Source: Thermoanaerobaculia bacterium
Lineage (GTDB): Bacteria; Acidobacteriota; Thermoanaerobaculia; Gp7-AA8
Assembly (NCBI GenBank): GCA_038230775.1
Contig: JBBRMQ010000002.1
Location: 1 to 47,003, forward strand
DNA: 47,003 nt
Direction: 5' to 3'
Every line of letters begins with the position of its first letter. The first letter of the stretch is position 1. The notes beneath the pieces are model-generated. The model did not search any database. It was not told where the DNA came from and was given only the letters and a program-made list of their open reading frames with translations. Of this stretch, positions 29,708-41,500 are shown in pieces. A program made the translations under genes and the position numbers.

Positions 29708-29872
29708 TAGGGAAGGTCTCTCGCAAGTGCGAGAAACCCTCACCCGGCCTTCGGCCACCCTCTCACCGCAAGCGGGGCGAGGGGCCACCACCCTATGTTG
29801 TCCTTCTCCCCGGCGGGGAGAAGGTGCCCGAAGGGCGGATGAGGGGCGCCTGCGCTGTGCAGAGCTCCACTA
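29708..29872. mobile_element. MITE-like family B, copy 3
   Basis: Colinear with the reverse complement of copy 2 along its length; TA-bounded; its right end is the TAG stop of the DUF4097 gene. Confidence 0.85.
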
Positions 29873-30706
29873 CGTGCGAGGCGCGGGAGGAGCCTTCGGC
29901 GTCTCGGGAACGAGCGGAGGTACCGGCATCGACGGACCGTTGTCGATCTTGATGTCGCCGTTCACCGTGGTGATCTTCAGCGAGTAACGGCCGCCGTTCA
30001 CTTCTCCCGACACGCGGCGGCTGCCGGGATGCGAGTGGATGTTGAGTGGGAACGCGGCCTCGAAGTCACCGTTCACCTGCGTGAAGTCGCCGAGGAAGGA
30101 GGCGTTCGTGGGGAGGATGGCGGTGACGCGACCGTTGACCGTCTTCAAGCGCGCGCCGTGAAAGTCGTTCAGGAAACGCGCTTCGATGCGGCCGTTCACA
30201 GCGTTCGCCGCCAGTTCGTTCGCGCCTGTCGACTCGAGATCCATCTCGCCGTTGATCGTGGTGGCGTTGGTCTCGCCCGCCATGCCCCGGGTCGCGATGC
30301 GGCCGCTGATCGTGTGCAGGTCGATCGCCACGCCCGTTGGAACGCGGAGCTGGTAGTCGACGGTGGTGTCGTTCGCGTTCCAGAAGCCGATGAAGAGGTG
30401 ATGACGATGGCGCTCGGTTCCGATCACGAGCGTGTCGCCGACGACCTCACTTGTGAAGTACCCGTCGTTGAGTTTTGCCTTGTCCGGCCGTGCGCCGCGG
30501 GCGCGGACGTCCGCGGACATCTGGATCGTCTCGGAGGCGCCGCCTTCGACCGCGATCGAGCCGGCCACTTCGCGGATTTCGATCCGCCGGATCGCTCCCG
30601 CGGGCCACGTCCGGTCATAATGCGCGCGCCGCTGCTCGACCGCGCCGCATCCGGCAAGGGTGAGGGCGATTGCGAGCGAACTGATGATCCGGCCTGATTT
30701 GGTCAT
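29870..30706 (-). CDS. DUF4097 (putative adhesin) beta-repeat lipoprotein
   Basis: Lipobox 'LAGC'; 'VDYQLRVP' and repeated T(I/V)NG units. Confidence 0.85.
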   Translation of the reverse strand: MTKSGRIISSLAIALTLAGCGAVEQRRAHYDRTWPAGAIRRIEIREVAGSIAVEGGASETIQMSADVRARGARPDKAKLNDGYFTSEVVGDTLVIGTERHRHHLFIGFWNANDTTVDYQLRVPTGVAIDLHTISGRIATRGMAGETNATTINGEMDLESTGANELAANAVNGRIEARFLNDFHGARLKTVNGRVTAILPTNASFLGDFTQVNGDFEAAFPLNIHSHPGSRRVSGEVNGGRYSLKITTVNGDIKIDNGPSMPVPPLVPETPKAPPAPRT

Positions 30707-30754
30707 GGGAACCCTGCCACTGTCTACGATAACCCCTCGGGAGGGTTTCCGGAG

Positions 30755-31159
30755 GTGAGTGATACCTCGCAGACGACGCTGCTGCGCGTGGCGGCCTTTC
30801 TGGTGGACGCCCTCACGCTTTCCGTCGTGTTGATCCTGCCCGCATCGATCGTCAGCTATTCGCTCGCCTGGGTGGGGGGCTCGGTCAAGGCGATTTCGAT
30901 CGTGTGGGTCGTCGCGCTTGCCATTCTTACGGTCGGCATCCTCATCCGTGACGGCTACCGCGGCCGCTCGCTCGGCAAACGGATGTTAGGTCTGCGGCTC
31001 ATGACGCCTCGCGGCGAAGGTTGTGGCTACGCGCGGTCCGTCGCGCGGAACGCTTCCCTGGTCGTTCCAGGCTGGAACATCTTGGAGCTGGTGCTGGTGG
31101 TGGCAGGCAGGGCGCGCACGGGAGACCGTCTCGCGCGAACCACGGTGCTGGAAGAATGA
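30755..31159 (+). CDS. RDD-family membrane protein
   Basis: 'RVAAFLVD', 'GRSLGKRMLGLR', 'RN', 'GDRLARTTV'; GTG start with purine-rich upstream sequence. Confidence 0.85.
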   Translation: MSDTSQTTLLRVAAFLVDALTLSVVLILPASIVSYSLAWVGGSVKAISIVWVVALAILTVGILIRDGYRGRSLGKRMLGLRLMTPRGEGCGYARSVARNASLVVPGWNILELVLVVAGRARTGDRLARTTVLEE

Positions 31160-31255
31160 TGTCATTTCGACGCGTAGCGCGTGGTGTGGGGCCAGTCCTC
31201 TGACTGGCCGGCCAGCCGGAGGGCTGGCCCCACACTGGCTACGCTCGGAATGACA
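31160..31255. repeat. Family A shell with nested family C REP doublet (31184-31235)
   Basis: TGTCATTTCGACGCGTAGC...GCTACGCTCGGAATGACA encloses GTGTGGGGCCAGTCCTCTGACTGGCC-GGCCAGCCGGAGGGCTGGCCCCACAC. Confidence 0.85.
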
Positions 31256-31279
31256 AGCGCAACTCGGGGCGAAGACTAC

Positions 31280-31338
31280 GGAGCGTTCGATCTTCTGCCG
31301 GAAATCGGCGCGCTGCTCGATCGTCCGGTACGCGTCTG

Positions 31339-31342
<4 letters not shown>
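31280..31342 (-). pseudogene. Possible 5' remnant of a YigZ/IMPACT-family gene
   Basis: ATG overlaps the stop of the ATP-grasp gene (ATGA). MTDAYRTIEQRADFRQKIERS resembles the YigZ N-terminus (Y.TI/V.........IEKS), then the frame runs into repeat sequence. Confidence 0.5.
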
Positions 31343-33702
<2,360 letters not shown>

Positions 33703-33705
33703 AAG

Positions 33706-34143
33706 ATGCCGGCAGCGGAATCGGAACGCGACCTCGTTGTCGGCGTGATCCAGCTCGCCAATCTCCTCATGCGCCGGCTGGCGCCCATTTTCGAGAAAGC
33801 GAACGTCACGCCGCAGCAATGGGCAATCGTAGCGGCGCTCGCGGATGCCGACGCGCCGCTCACCCCCGCCGGCCTCGCGCGTCAGATGCTGGTTTCCAAG
33901 CAGAACATGACGGGCATGATCGTGCGTCTCGAGCAGCTCGGACTTGCCGAGCGTCACGACGATCCGTACGACAGGCGCTCCGCGCACGTGCAGCTCACGC
34001 GGCGCGGCCGTGCGCTGGTCGAGAAGTTTCGACCGGCGTACGAAGCGTGGCGCTCGAAGCTTGGCGGCGGAATGTCGGAGCGCGACGTGGCCGCTCTTAC
34101 GCGGACTGTCGATCGCTTGATCGCGGAGCTGGAGCAGGCGTAA
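33706..34143 (+). CDS. MarR-family transcriptional regulator
   Basis: 'VTPQQW', 'LARQMLVSKQNMTGMIVRLEQLGL', 'DPYDRRS..V.LT.RG'; ATG 33706. Confidence 0.92.
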   Translation: MPAAESERDLVVGVIQLANLLMRRLAPIFEKANVTPQQWAIVAALADADAPLTPAGLARQMLVSKQNMTGMIVRLEQLGLAERHDDPYDRRSAHVQLTRRGRALVEKFRPAYEAWRSKLGGGMSERDVAALTRTVDRLIAELEQA

Positions 34144-35323
34144 CCACGCGATTGCGCCCTTCGCCCTTCGCCTGATACAGCCGCTCGTCCGCCGCCTGGA
34201 AAAGAGCCTCGACGCTCTTGCCATCGGTGGGAAACACCGCCGCGCCAATGCTGACCGTGACCTGGGCTCCGTCCGGCGGCGCAGGCAGACCCTCGACACC
34301 GGCGCGGATGCGCTCGGCGATCACGCGCAGCGCCGCCACGTCGATCTGCGGCACCACCACCGCGAACTCCTCGCCGCCATACCGGGCCGCGAAGTCGACG
34401 GTGCGCACCGCGCCGCGGATCACATGCGCCACGCGCTGCAGCGCGAGGTTTCCGGCGAGGTGGCCATAGCTGTCGTTGTACTTCTTGAAGTGATCGAGAT
34501 CGAGAACGAGGATTCCGAACTGCTCCGGATACCTCGTGGCCCGATCCAGCTCGCCGTCGATCCGCTCCCGGAACGCGCGGAAATTCGGCATCTCGGTGAG
34601 CTCGTCGGTGCGGGCGTGCTGGCGGAGTTTGTCCGCCATCGCGTTAAAGGCGACGCCGAGGTGGGCGATTTCGTGGTCGCCGGCGACGGGGGCGCGGGCG
34701 TTGAGATCGCCGCTTGCGATCCGATCGGCCGATCGCGCGAGATCCTCGAGCGGGCGGACAACGCGCCGCAACGTGATCTGCACCGCGGCGAAGCAACACA
34801 GCACGAGAATCCACGCGATCGCCAGCCCCGCGGACATCATGTCGCGCGATCCACGCTCCAGAAGCGGCAGCTGCTGCGCGATCTCGCCTTTGCGTTCATC
34901 GATGAGCTGCTGCGCGGCGGTGGTCACCCGCCGCGAGGCTGCGTCGATCTCCTGCCGCGAGGAGTCTCGATCGCCGATCACCGCCGCAAAGCGGTTCATC
35001 TGACGTCGCAGGGATGATGGATCGATGGAACGCAACGGCTCGCGATCGAGAAGCTGTAGGACAGCGGCGTAGCCTGGTGTGGGGCCAGCCCTCCGGCTGG
35101 CCGGCCATCCAGAGGGCCGGTCCCACACGGCACGAAACGCATTTTGCGCGCGGATGACCTCATCGAGTGCTGCGATCGATTGCGTCTCCACTCCGACGAG
35201 GCGGTTCCAGCGTGTCTGCGCCACCTGCGCCCGCCAGCTGAGACCGAACGTGATGGCGAAGAGAGTCAACGAAAAAGCGGCGGTGAGCAGGAGAACGCGC
35301 GAGCGGAGATGGATCCGCTTCAA
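34097..35323 (-). CDS. Membrane diguanylate cyclase (TM-sensor-TM-HAMP-GGDEF)
   Basis: TTG start 35323 overlaps the GH15 TGA, with GGAG upstream; HAMP 'PLEDLAR...DHEIAHLG.AFN.M'; 'DLDHFKKYND.YGH', I-site RTVD, 'YGGEEF'. Confidence 0.9.
   Translation of the reverse strand: MKRIHLRSRVLLLTAAFSLTLFAITFGLSWRAQVAQTRWNRLVGVETQSIAALDEVIRAQNAFRAVWDRPSGWPASRRAGPTPGYAAVLQLLDREPLRSIDPSSLRRQMNRFAAVIGDRDSSRQEIDAASRRVTTAAQQLIDERKGEIAQQLPLLERGSRDMMSAGLAIAWILVLCCFAAVQITLRRVVRPLEDLARSADRIASGDLNARAPVAGDHEIAHLGVAFNAMADKLRQHARTDELTEMPNFRAFRERIDGELDRATRYPEQFGILVLDLDHFKKYNDSYGHLAGNLALQRVAHVIRGAVRTVDFAARYGGEEFAVVVPQIDVAALRVIAERIRAGVEGLPAPPDGAQVTVSIGAAVFPTDGKSVEALFQAADERLYQAKGEGRNRVVTPAPAPRSSDRQSA
35077..35128. repeat. 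Family C REP doublet inside the diguanylate cyclase gene
   Basis: GTGTGGGGCCAGCCCTCCGGCTGGCC-GGCCATCCAGAGGGCCGGTCCCACAC; near-identical to the reverse complement of intergenic 31184-31235. Confidence 0.9.
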
Positions 35324-37320
35324 ACGGTGATCTCCGCCTGAGTCTCGCTGCGTACGAGCGTGTTGAACCGCTCGGCAACCCGATGCGTGGCGAGAACGAA
35401 TGCCGCGTGACTCCACGTCAGCGGCGCAACAGACAGCGGCCTGCCGGAGTACGGATCGAGCTGTTCGGGAAGGACCCCACTCGGCATCGCCCGCTCCGTA
35501 GCCCACAGCAGGATGTCGATCGCACGTTGCAGTTCCACGATCGTCTGTGCCCGCCTCGCGTACCAGTGCGCGATTGAAAGCGTGCAAACGATCCACGGAT
35601 TGCCGGCGACGTTCGGCAGATCTTTGGAGACCTGAAAGTAGTAGTCGTTCTCGTATCGGGCGATGCCGCCGATCGGCGTCTTGACCGTCAGGCGTTCGAT
35701 GACCTGCTCCATCGTGGAGATGATTCGCGGATCGTCTTCCGCAAACATTCCGAAGAGGTAGAGGCCCGCCAGCGAGGCGTCGATCGTCCCATCGGCCGTG
35801 ACTTCACCTTCGGGCGACACGTTGATCATGCGGTTGAAGCGGCGAAGTTTCGGATCGAAGAGGAATCGTTCTGCGCCGTCGCGGATCTCGCCCGCCGCCC
35901 GGCGATACTTCTCCGCCAGCCCTGCTTCGCCGAAGGCATCGGTGAAGCGTGCGGCGGCCATCAGGCCGGCCCACACCGCGCCGACGGTAAACGCCGACGT
36001 CCCGCGTCGTTCCTCCCACAGGTCATACGACGGAGCCGGCAAGCGCGTGTGCGGCTCGCGATAGCGCGCCATGAAATCCGCGGCGGTCTTGACCAGCGGT
36101 TTGTACAGCGGCTTCACGAATTCGACGTCATGGAACTTCTCGAAGTGCGCCCACAACGCATCCAGCACCAGTGCGGTCTCATCTTCCTGAATCGGAAGCT
36201 GTCGCTTGCCGTCGGCCGACATCCACGGATGCCACGACGATCCGACCGACCCGTCGGGGTTGTACTTGTGAAGCAGAAATCCTTCCTCCGTGATCAGCTT
36301 GCAGCAGAGCTGAAAGAAGCGCCGCGTGATCTCGGGATACCCGGCCTGGACCAGCGCGGTGGTCACGATGGCGCCGTCGCGCGGCCACATGTAGGTGTAC
36401 GTGTCCTTGCCGAACTGCACGATGTCGGAGTCCGTTGCGGCGATCACCGCGCCGTTGTTGCAGATGTGCGTCCGCATGATGAGCAGCGACTTGCGATACA
36501 GCCGCTGCACCGGATCGGGCAGGCGCGAGATGTCCGGACCACGTTCGTTGCGAACCCAGAGGCGCCAGTAGTCGCGCGTCCGGGTCATGAGCGACGCCGG
36601 TCCACGCTCTCGCACCATGCTGTCGAGCGACGTCACCTCGCGATACGCCTTCCCGAATGCCCACCAGATCCACGCGGACGCGGTGCCCGACGCCGGCAAC
36701 TTGAGCTCGAGCATTCCTGTCGCGTCGACCGAGCCCTGCGCGATGGCGTTGCCCTGCAGCTTCCCGTCCTCCGCATCGCGCCACGTTCCCTGGAAGCCCT
36801 CGCGCTCCTTGGAGCCGATTGCGAAAGACTGGAATCCGAAGCTGTCGTCGACGGAGCCGTTCATCAGAACGTAGAGCTGCGTCTTGTAGGCGACCAGGCC
36901 ATTGAACTCCGGGTCAAAGAAGATCGTGTCGCCGATGGCGTTTCCGCAGAGGTGAGGGTCGAAGTGGGTGTAGAGGCGGGCGGGGCGCGCGATGTCGCGG
37001 CGGTTGCGCAACTCGACGTTGCGCAGGAAGAGATCGCGATCGAAGTCGATCGTGTCGCGGATCGTCATCTCGAGATCCATGTCATCGGCGACCGCCCGCA
37101 CCCGCGTCACCAGCGTGTCGTCTTCGTACTCCAGCGTCTTCCGCCACGCGGGACTGTGCATCCACGCGAACTTGCCATCGCACCAGACGCCGAAATGCGA
37201 GATGTCGCCGACTGTCTGGTTGTCCTGCCCGACGTGCGGGTAGTAGACGTCGCGGATGTTGTAGTCATGATCGAAATTGATCATGAGGTTGCCGTTGCTG
37301 ATCGGCAGATCGCGGGGCAT
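35320..37320 (-). CDS. Glycoside hydrolase family 15 (glucoamylase-like)
   Basis: 'YTYMWPRDG', 'QEDETA', 'DLWEER', 'RYENDYY', 'LPEQ', 'PLTWSHA'. Confidence 0.92.
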   Translation of the reverse strand: MPRDLPISNGNLMINFDHDYNIRDVYYPHVGQDNQTVGDISHFGVWCDGKFAWMHSPAWRKTLEYEDDTLVTRVRAVADDMDLEMTIRDTIDFDRDLFLRNVELRNRRDIARPARLYTHFDPHLCGNAIGDTIFFDPEFNGLVAYKTQLYVLMNGSVDDSFGFQSFAIGSKEREGFQGTWRDAEDGKLQGNAIAQGSVDATGMLELKLPASGTASAWIWWAFGKAYREVTSLDSMVRERGPASLMTRTRDYWRLWVRNERGPDISRLPDPVQRLYRKSLLIMRTHICNNGAVIAATDSDIVQFGKDTYTYMWPRDGAIVTTALVQAGYPEITRRFFQLCCKLITEEGFLLHKYNPDGSVGSSWHPWMSADGKRQLPIQEDETALVLDALWAHFEKFHDVEFVKPLYKPLVKTAADFMARYREPHTRLPAPSYDLWEERRGTSAFTVGAVWAGLMAAARFTDAFGEAGLAEKYRRAAGEIRDGAERFLFDPKLRRFNRMINVSPEGEVTADGTIDASLAGLYLFGMFAEDDPRIISTMEQVIERLTVKTPIGGIARYENDYYFQVSKDLPNVAGNPWIVCTLSIAHWYARRAQTIVELQRAIDILLWATERAMPSGVLPEQLDPYSGRPLSVAPLTWSHAAFVLATHRVAERFNTLVRSETQAEITV

Positions 37321-37339
37321 CGGTAAAAGGATACGCGGT

Positions 37340-37444
37340 TGTCATTCCGAGCGTAGCGAGGAACCGGTGTGGGCGGGCGGCGCCGAGTACCATGTTCCTC
37401 GTGCCCCACGCCCATACCGGCCCCTCGCTACGCACGGGGTGACA
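37340..37444. repeat. Palindromic repeat family A, copy 4
   Basis: TGTCATTCCGAGCGTAGCGAGGAACCGGTGTGGGCG...CGCCCATACCGGCCCCTCGCTACGCACGGGGTGACA; its last base is the A of the next ATG. Confidence 0.88.
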
Positions 37445-38577
37445 TGTTGCTGGAAATCTACAGAGAGACGTTGAAGGCCTGCGCACCGGACGCGCTGATC
37501 CGGCCCGTTCTGCGCGACGACTTCCCGCGCACCGTGGTGGCCATCGGCAAGTGCGCCGGCGCTCTCATCGACGGCTTCGGCGACATCGACGACGCGCTCG
37601 TCGTGATCCCCGCTGGATACCCGCGGCCGAAACGAAACGTGCACGTGATCGAAGGCGGTCATCCGGAAATGACCGCCGATTCGTTCGAAGCCGGCAGAGC
37701 GTTGCTGGACTTCGTCGCCGCGCATGACGAGATCACGTTTCTCATCTCCGGCGGCGGATCCGCGTGCGTCGAGTGGCCGCTCGATCCATTCACGCAACGC
37801 GATCTCATCGATGCGAACACGCGACTCATTCGATCGGGCGCTTCGATCGCCGACATCAACTGCGTGCGCAAGCATCTCTCCGCGATCAAAGGCGGGCGCC
37901 TTGCCGCGCGCTTACGCCGAAGCGTCACGTTCGTCTACTCCGATGTGAGCGATGACGCACTGGCAGACGTCGCATCGGGTCCGACGCTTCCCGATCCCAC
38001 CACGCGCGAAGAGGCGTCGCGCATCGCTGCTCGTTATGGCGTCACGTTGAGCATTGGAGACGAAACGGTGAAACGCATCAACGACTACGAAGTGCATTTG
38101 ATCGCCGCCAACTCCACGCTTACCGCAACAGCGGCGACAATCGCGACGGAGATGGGTTGGTCGACGATTGCCTGGCATGGACAAATCGAAGGCGATGTCG
38201 CGGAAGCGGCGACCACACTGGTGCGTGCGGTCGCGCGTTTGCGATCCCGCGAGATCCTCATCGCCGGCGGTGAACCGACGACCGTGCAACGTGGCGACGG
38301 CAAAGGAGGCCGTTGCACGGAGCTCGCGGTGCGGTTCGCCCTCGCCAACGAGAACCGTCGCATCCAGGCGCTCTTCGGCAGCTCGGACGGCGTCGACGGC
38401 AACAGCGAATCCGCGGGCGCCATCGTTGATGGATCGCGACCGCCGGACCGCGTCTTTGCGATGCGCGAGCTGGACGGGTCGAATTCCGCGGCCGTCGTCG
38501 GCAGCATCGGCTCGGCCCTGCCGTTGTGTCCGTCGGGCAATAACTTGCGCGATCTCTATCTTTTGGCTTGTACTTAG
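37444..38577 (+). CDS. Glycerate kinase type 2 (DUF4147/MOFRL, GckA/TtuD-like)
   Basis: 'AIGK', 'GHP', 'LISGGGSA', 'IN.VRKHLSAIKGG', 'SDV', 'ASGPT', 'GGEPT', 'SDGVDG', 'GNNLRD'. Start ATG 37444; the track extension is repeat sequence. Confidence 0.88.
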   Translation: MLLEIYRETLKACAPDALIRPVLRDDFPRTVVAIGKCAGALIDGFGDIDDALVVIPAGYPRPKRNVHVIEGGHPEMTADSFEAGRALLDFVAAHDEITFLISGGGSACVEWPLDPFTQRDLIDANTRLIRSGASIADINCVRKHLSAIKGGRLAARLRRSVTFVYSDVSDDALADVASGPTLPDPTTREEASRIAARYGVTLSIGDETVKRINDYEVHLIAANSTLTATAATIATEMGWSTIAWHGQIEGDVAEAATTLVRAVARLRSREILIAGGEPTTVQRGDGKGGRCTELAVRFALANENRRIQALFGSSDGVDGNSESAGAIVDGSRPPDRVFAMRELDGSNSAAVVGSIGSALPLCPSGNNLRDLYLLACT

Positions 38578-38598
38578 CAGGTCGAGCCCACCGAAGTA

Positions 38599-41500
38599 AT
38601 GGACGATCCAACACCGCCAGCAGAGGGACATCATCACGAGACCGCCCGGCAGCGCCAACGCCGCGGTCCGATGCGGGGGTGTCTTCGCTGGATCCTCTTC
38701 TCATTTGGCGGCCTGCTTCTTCTTCTCTTTTTCGTCATCGGCGGCGGCTGGTTCTACCTCGGCAGCGCGAGCTTCGCGGATCTCGTGCGACTTCGCATTC
38801 AGGGCACGCTGGAGTCGAAGTTAGGCCGCAAGGTGGAGATCGGATCGGTGGAGATCGTCCGCACCGGGACGAAGAAGGTGATCATCAACGACATCCGCAT
38901 CGCCAATTCGCCGGGCGCAGCGAACCCTTACTTCGCGACCGTGAAACAGGCCACGATCACTGGCGGCATCGACTCGTTCTTGGGCCGCAAGATCACCGTC
39001 AGCCGCGTCGACGTCGTCGAGCCGCATCTCTACTTCGAGGTGTACCCGGCCGGCTCAAAGCTGGTGCACAACTTCCCGCAATGGAACTCGGGACCGAAGG
39101 GAAAGTACGACATCTATCACCTCAACCTCGGCACGCTGTTCATCGCGAACGGCGCGTTCGACTTCCTCGATCGCCGCCACGACATCGCGGCGGCGATCGA
39201 GCAGATCACGTCGAAGATCGACGTCACGAGCAAGGAAGATCTCTACGCCGGCGTCGCATCGAGTCCGCTGTTCCGGACGCGGATCCAGAATTACGTTCCT
39301 TTCGACACGGACTTCCGCGCAAAGATCCGCTACACGCCGGGTGTTCTCGAGCTGACGTCGGTCGCGATGAATGGGCCGAACATGCGGATCTTTCTGAGCG
39401 GCCGGCTCGACCCGCTGACCGAGGGCGCATACAACTTGCGCGTCACATCGCAGATCGGCCTCGATCGCATCAAGCAGATCTTCGCCGTTCAGCGGCCGCT
39501 CGAGGGCGTCGTCGAATTCGACACCACGCTGAAGGGCAAGCAGGGCACGTTCACCATGGCGGGCGGCTGGGTGTCGCCGCGCCTCCGCGCCGACGTCTAC
39601 GAGCTGACGAACGCACGCGGCCAGATGAACATCACCGATACGCGCGCGGTGATCGACGTCCAGCGCGCGGGCTACGGCGGCGGATCGATCTCCGCGCACT
39701 ACCTGCTGCCGCAATACGCCGAGCCCTATCCGATGTCGGTGGATCTCAAGTACAACAACGTGTCGGTGGAGAAGCTCTTCACCGACTGGGGCATTCAGGA
39801 CACCGGCCTTCGTGGCGGTGCAACCGGAATGCTCGCCTATCACTGGGAAAAGGACAGGCTGCTCGCGGGCGCCGGCGAGGGCAGCGCGACACTCTCGAAA
39901 AACGCGCCCGCGTTCTCGCACGCGCAATACCCGATCGCGGTTGCCGGCTCGACCAATTTCGCGCTGGACAACGGCCTCGTGACGTTCCGCCGCCTCGATC
40001 TCAACACCGACGCGTCGCGAATCGCACTCACCGGCAAGCTGCGGATCTCCGACGTCTACACCGACTTCCTGGCGAAGATTCACAGCACGGATTTTTCGGA
40101 GCTCGATCGCATCGGGTTCAACTTCGCGCATTCCGCCGGCAAGAAGACCTACACCCTGTTAGGTCTTGGCGGAGCGGGTGACATCAGCGGAACGATTCGG
40201 GGCAAGCTCAAGACGCCGCAGGTCGTCGCGAAGATCGCCGGCAGCGCCATCAAGTACAACAACATCGCGTTAGGCGACGGCGACATCGACCTGCGTTACG
40301 ACGGCGACCGCAGCGTGATGACGTTCGATCGCGCAACCTTCCGCGACGCGAACGGATCGCTGACGCTCACCGGCACCGTCGCGTTCCCTGATCTCGGTCC
40401 GTCGCCCGTTTTCGACCTGGCCATCGACGCGGCGAACTATCCGGTCGAAAAGGCGATGGCGACGGTGAGTCTCAAGCTCGCCATCCACGGCCTCGGCACG
40501 GGACGCGCGATCGTCACCGGCACGCCCGATTCCGGCAAAGTGACTTTCGCCGGCCTCACGATTCGGCAGGGAACCTCCACGCTCAAGTTGAACGGAACGA
40601 CGGCGTGGCTGCCGGGCAAAGGGAACGTCAACTTCGATCTCGACATCGCGACGCAGTCCTTCCCCGTCGCCGACATCATCAAGTTCCTCGACCTCGGTAC
40701 GCTGCCGGTCACCGGCGACCTCACCGGCGCACTGCACCTCGGCGGTCCGAAAAACGCCCTCGGAGGCAACGGCACGATTGCCATCAGGAACGGATCGATC
40801 TACGGCGAGCCTGTCACCTCGGCCACCGCGAACGTTACGTTCACGCAGGGAACGATGCGCGCGACCGATCTCAACGTCGTCTCGCCCGCCGGCACGATCA
40901 GCGGACAAGCGGAGTTCAACCTCAACACGAATCAGTTCAGCTACACGATTCAATCGAGCTCCGTCGATCTGTCGAAGCTCAAGGCGCTCTCGTCGCTGGC
41001 CGGAATCCTTGGCGGCAACGTCACGCTGTCCTCGACCGGCGCCGGAAGCATGGAGCAGCCCGAGGTGGTGCTGACGGCGACGTTGAATCAGGCCACGCTG
41101 CGCGGGCTCAACTTTCCCGCCGACGCGCCGCCGCCGCAGGTTTACATCGCCATTCGAAACGGCCAGCTGATCGTTCGCGGATCGGCTGCAGACATTCTCT
41201 CCATCGACGGAACAGGAACGGTGGCCACCGACGGCACGCTCGCCGGCAACGTGCAGATCAAGATCACCGACATCGCACGCGCGCTGGCGTTGTCGCCAAA
41301 CACCGTGGCGCTTCCGGCGTCCGGAAAGCTCACCGCAAATCTGCAACTGGGCGGCAAGATGAGCGCGCTCGAAGCGCTGCGCATCGATGCGACGTTCCCG
41401 GAGTTCGATGTCCGCGTGTCGGAGCATCAGTTCGTGCCGGCGCGGCCGCTGCACATCGCGCTGCGCGACGGCCGTCTGGTGTTCGATCAGTTCGATCTGG

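Noticed and set aside
29679-29726. Track start of the 528-aa membrane protein, and the 37369 start of glycerate kinase
   Set aside because: Both starts fall inside repeat elements; the downstream ATGs fit better.
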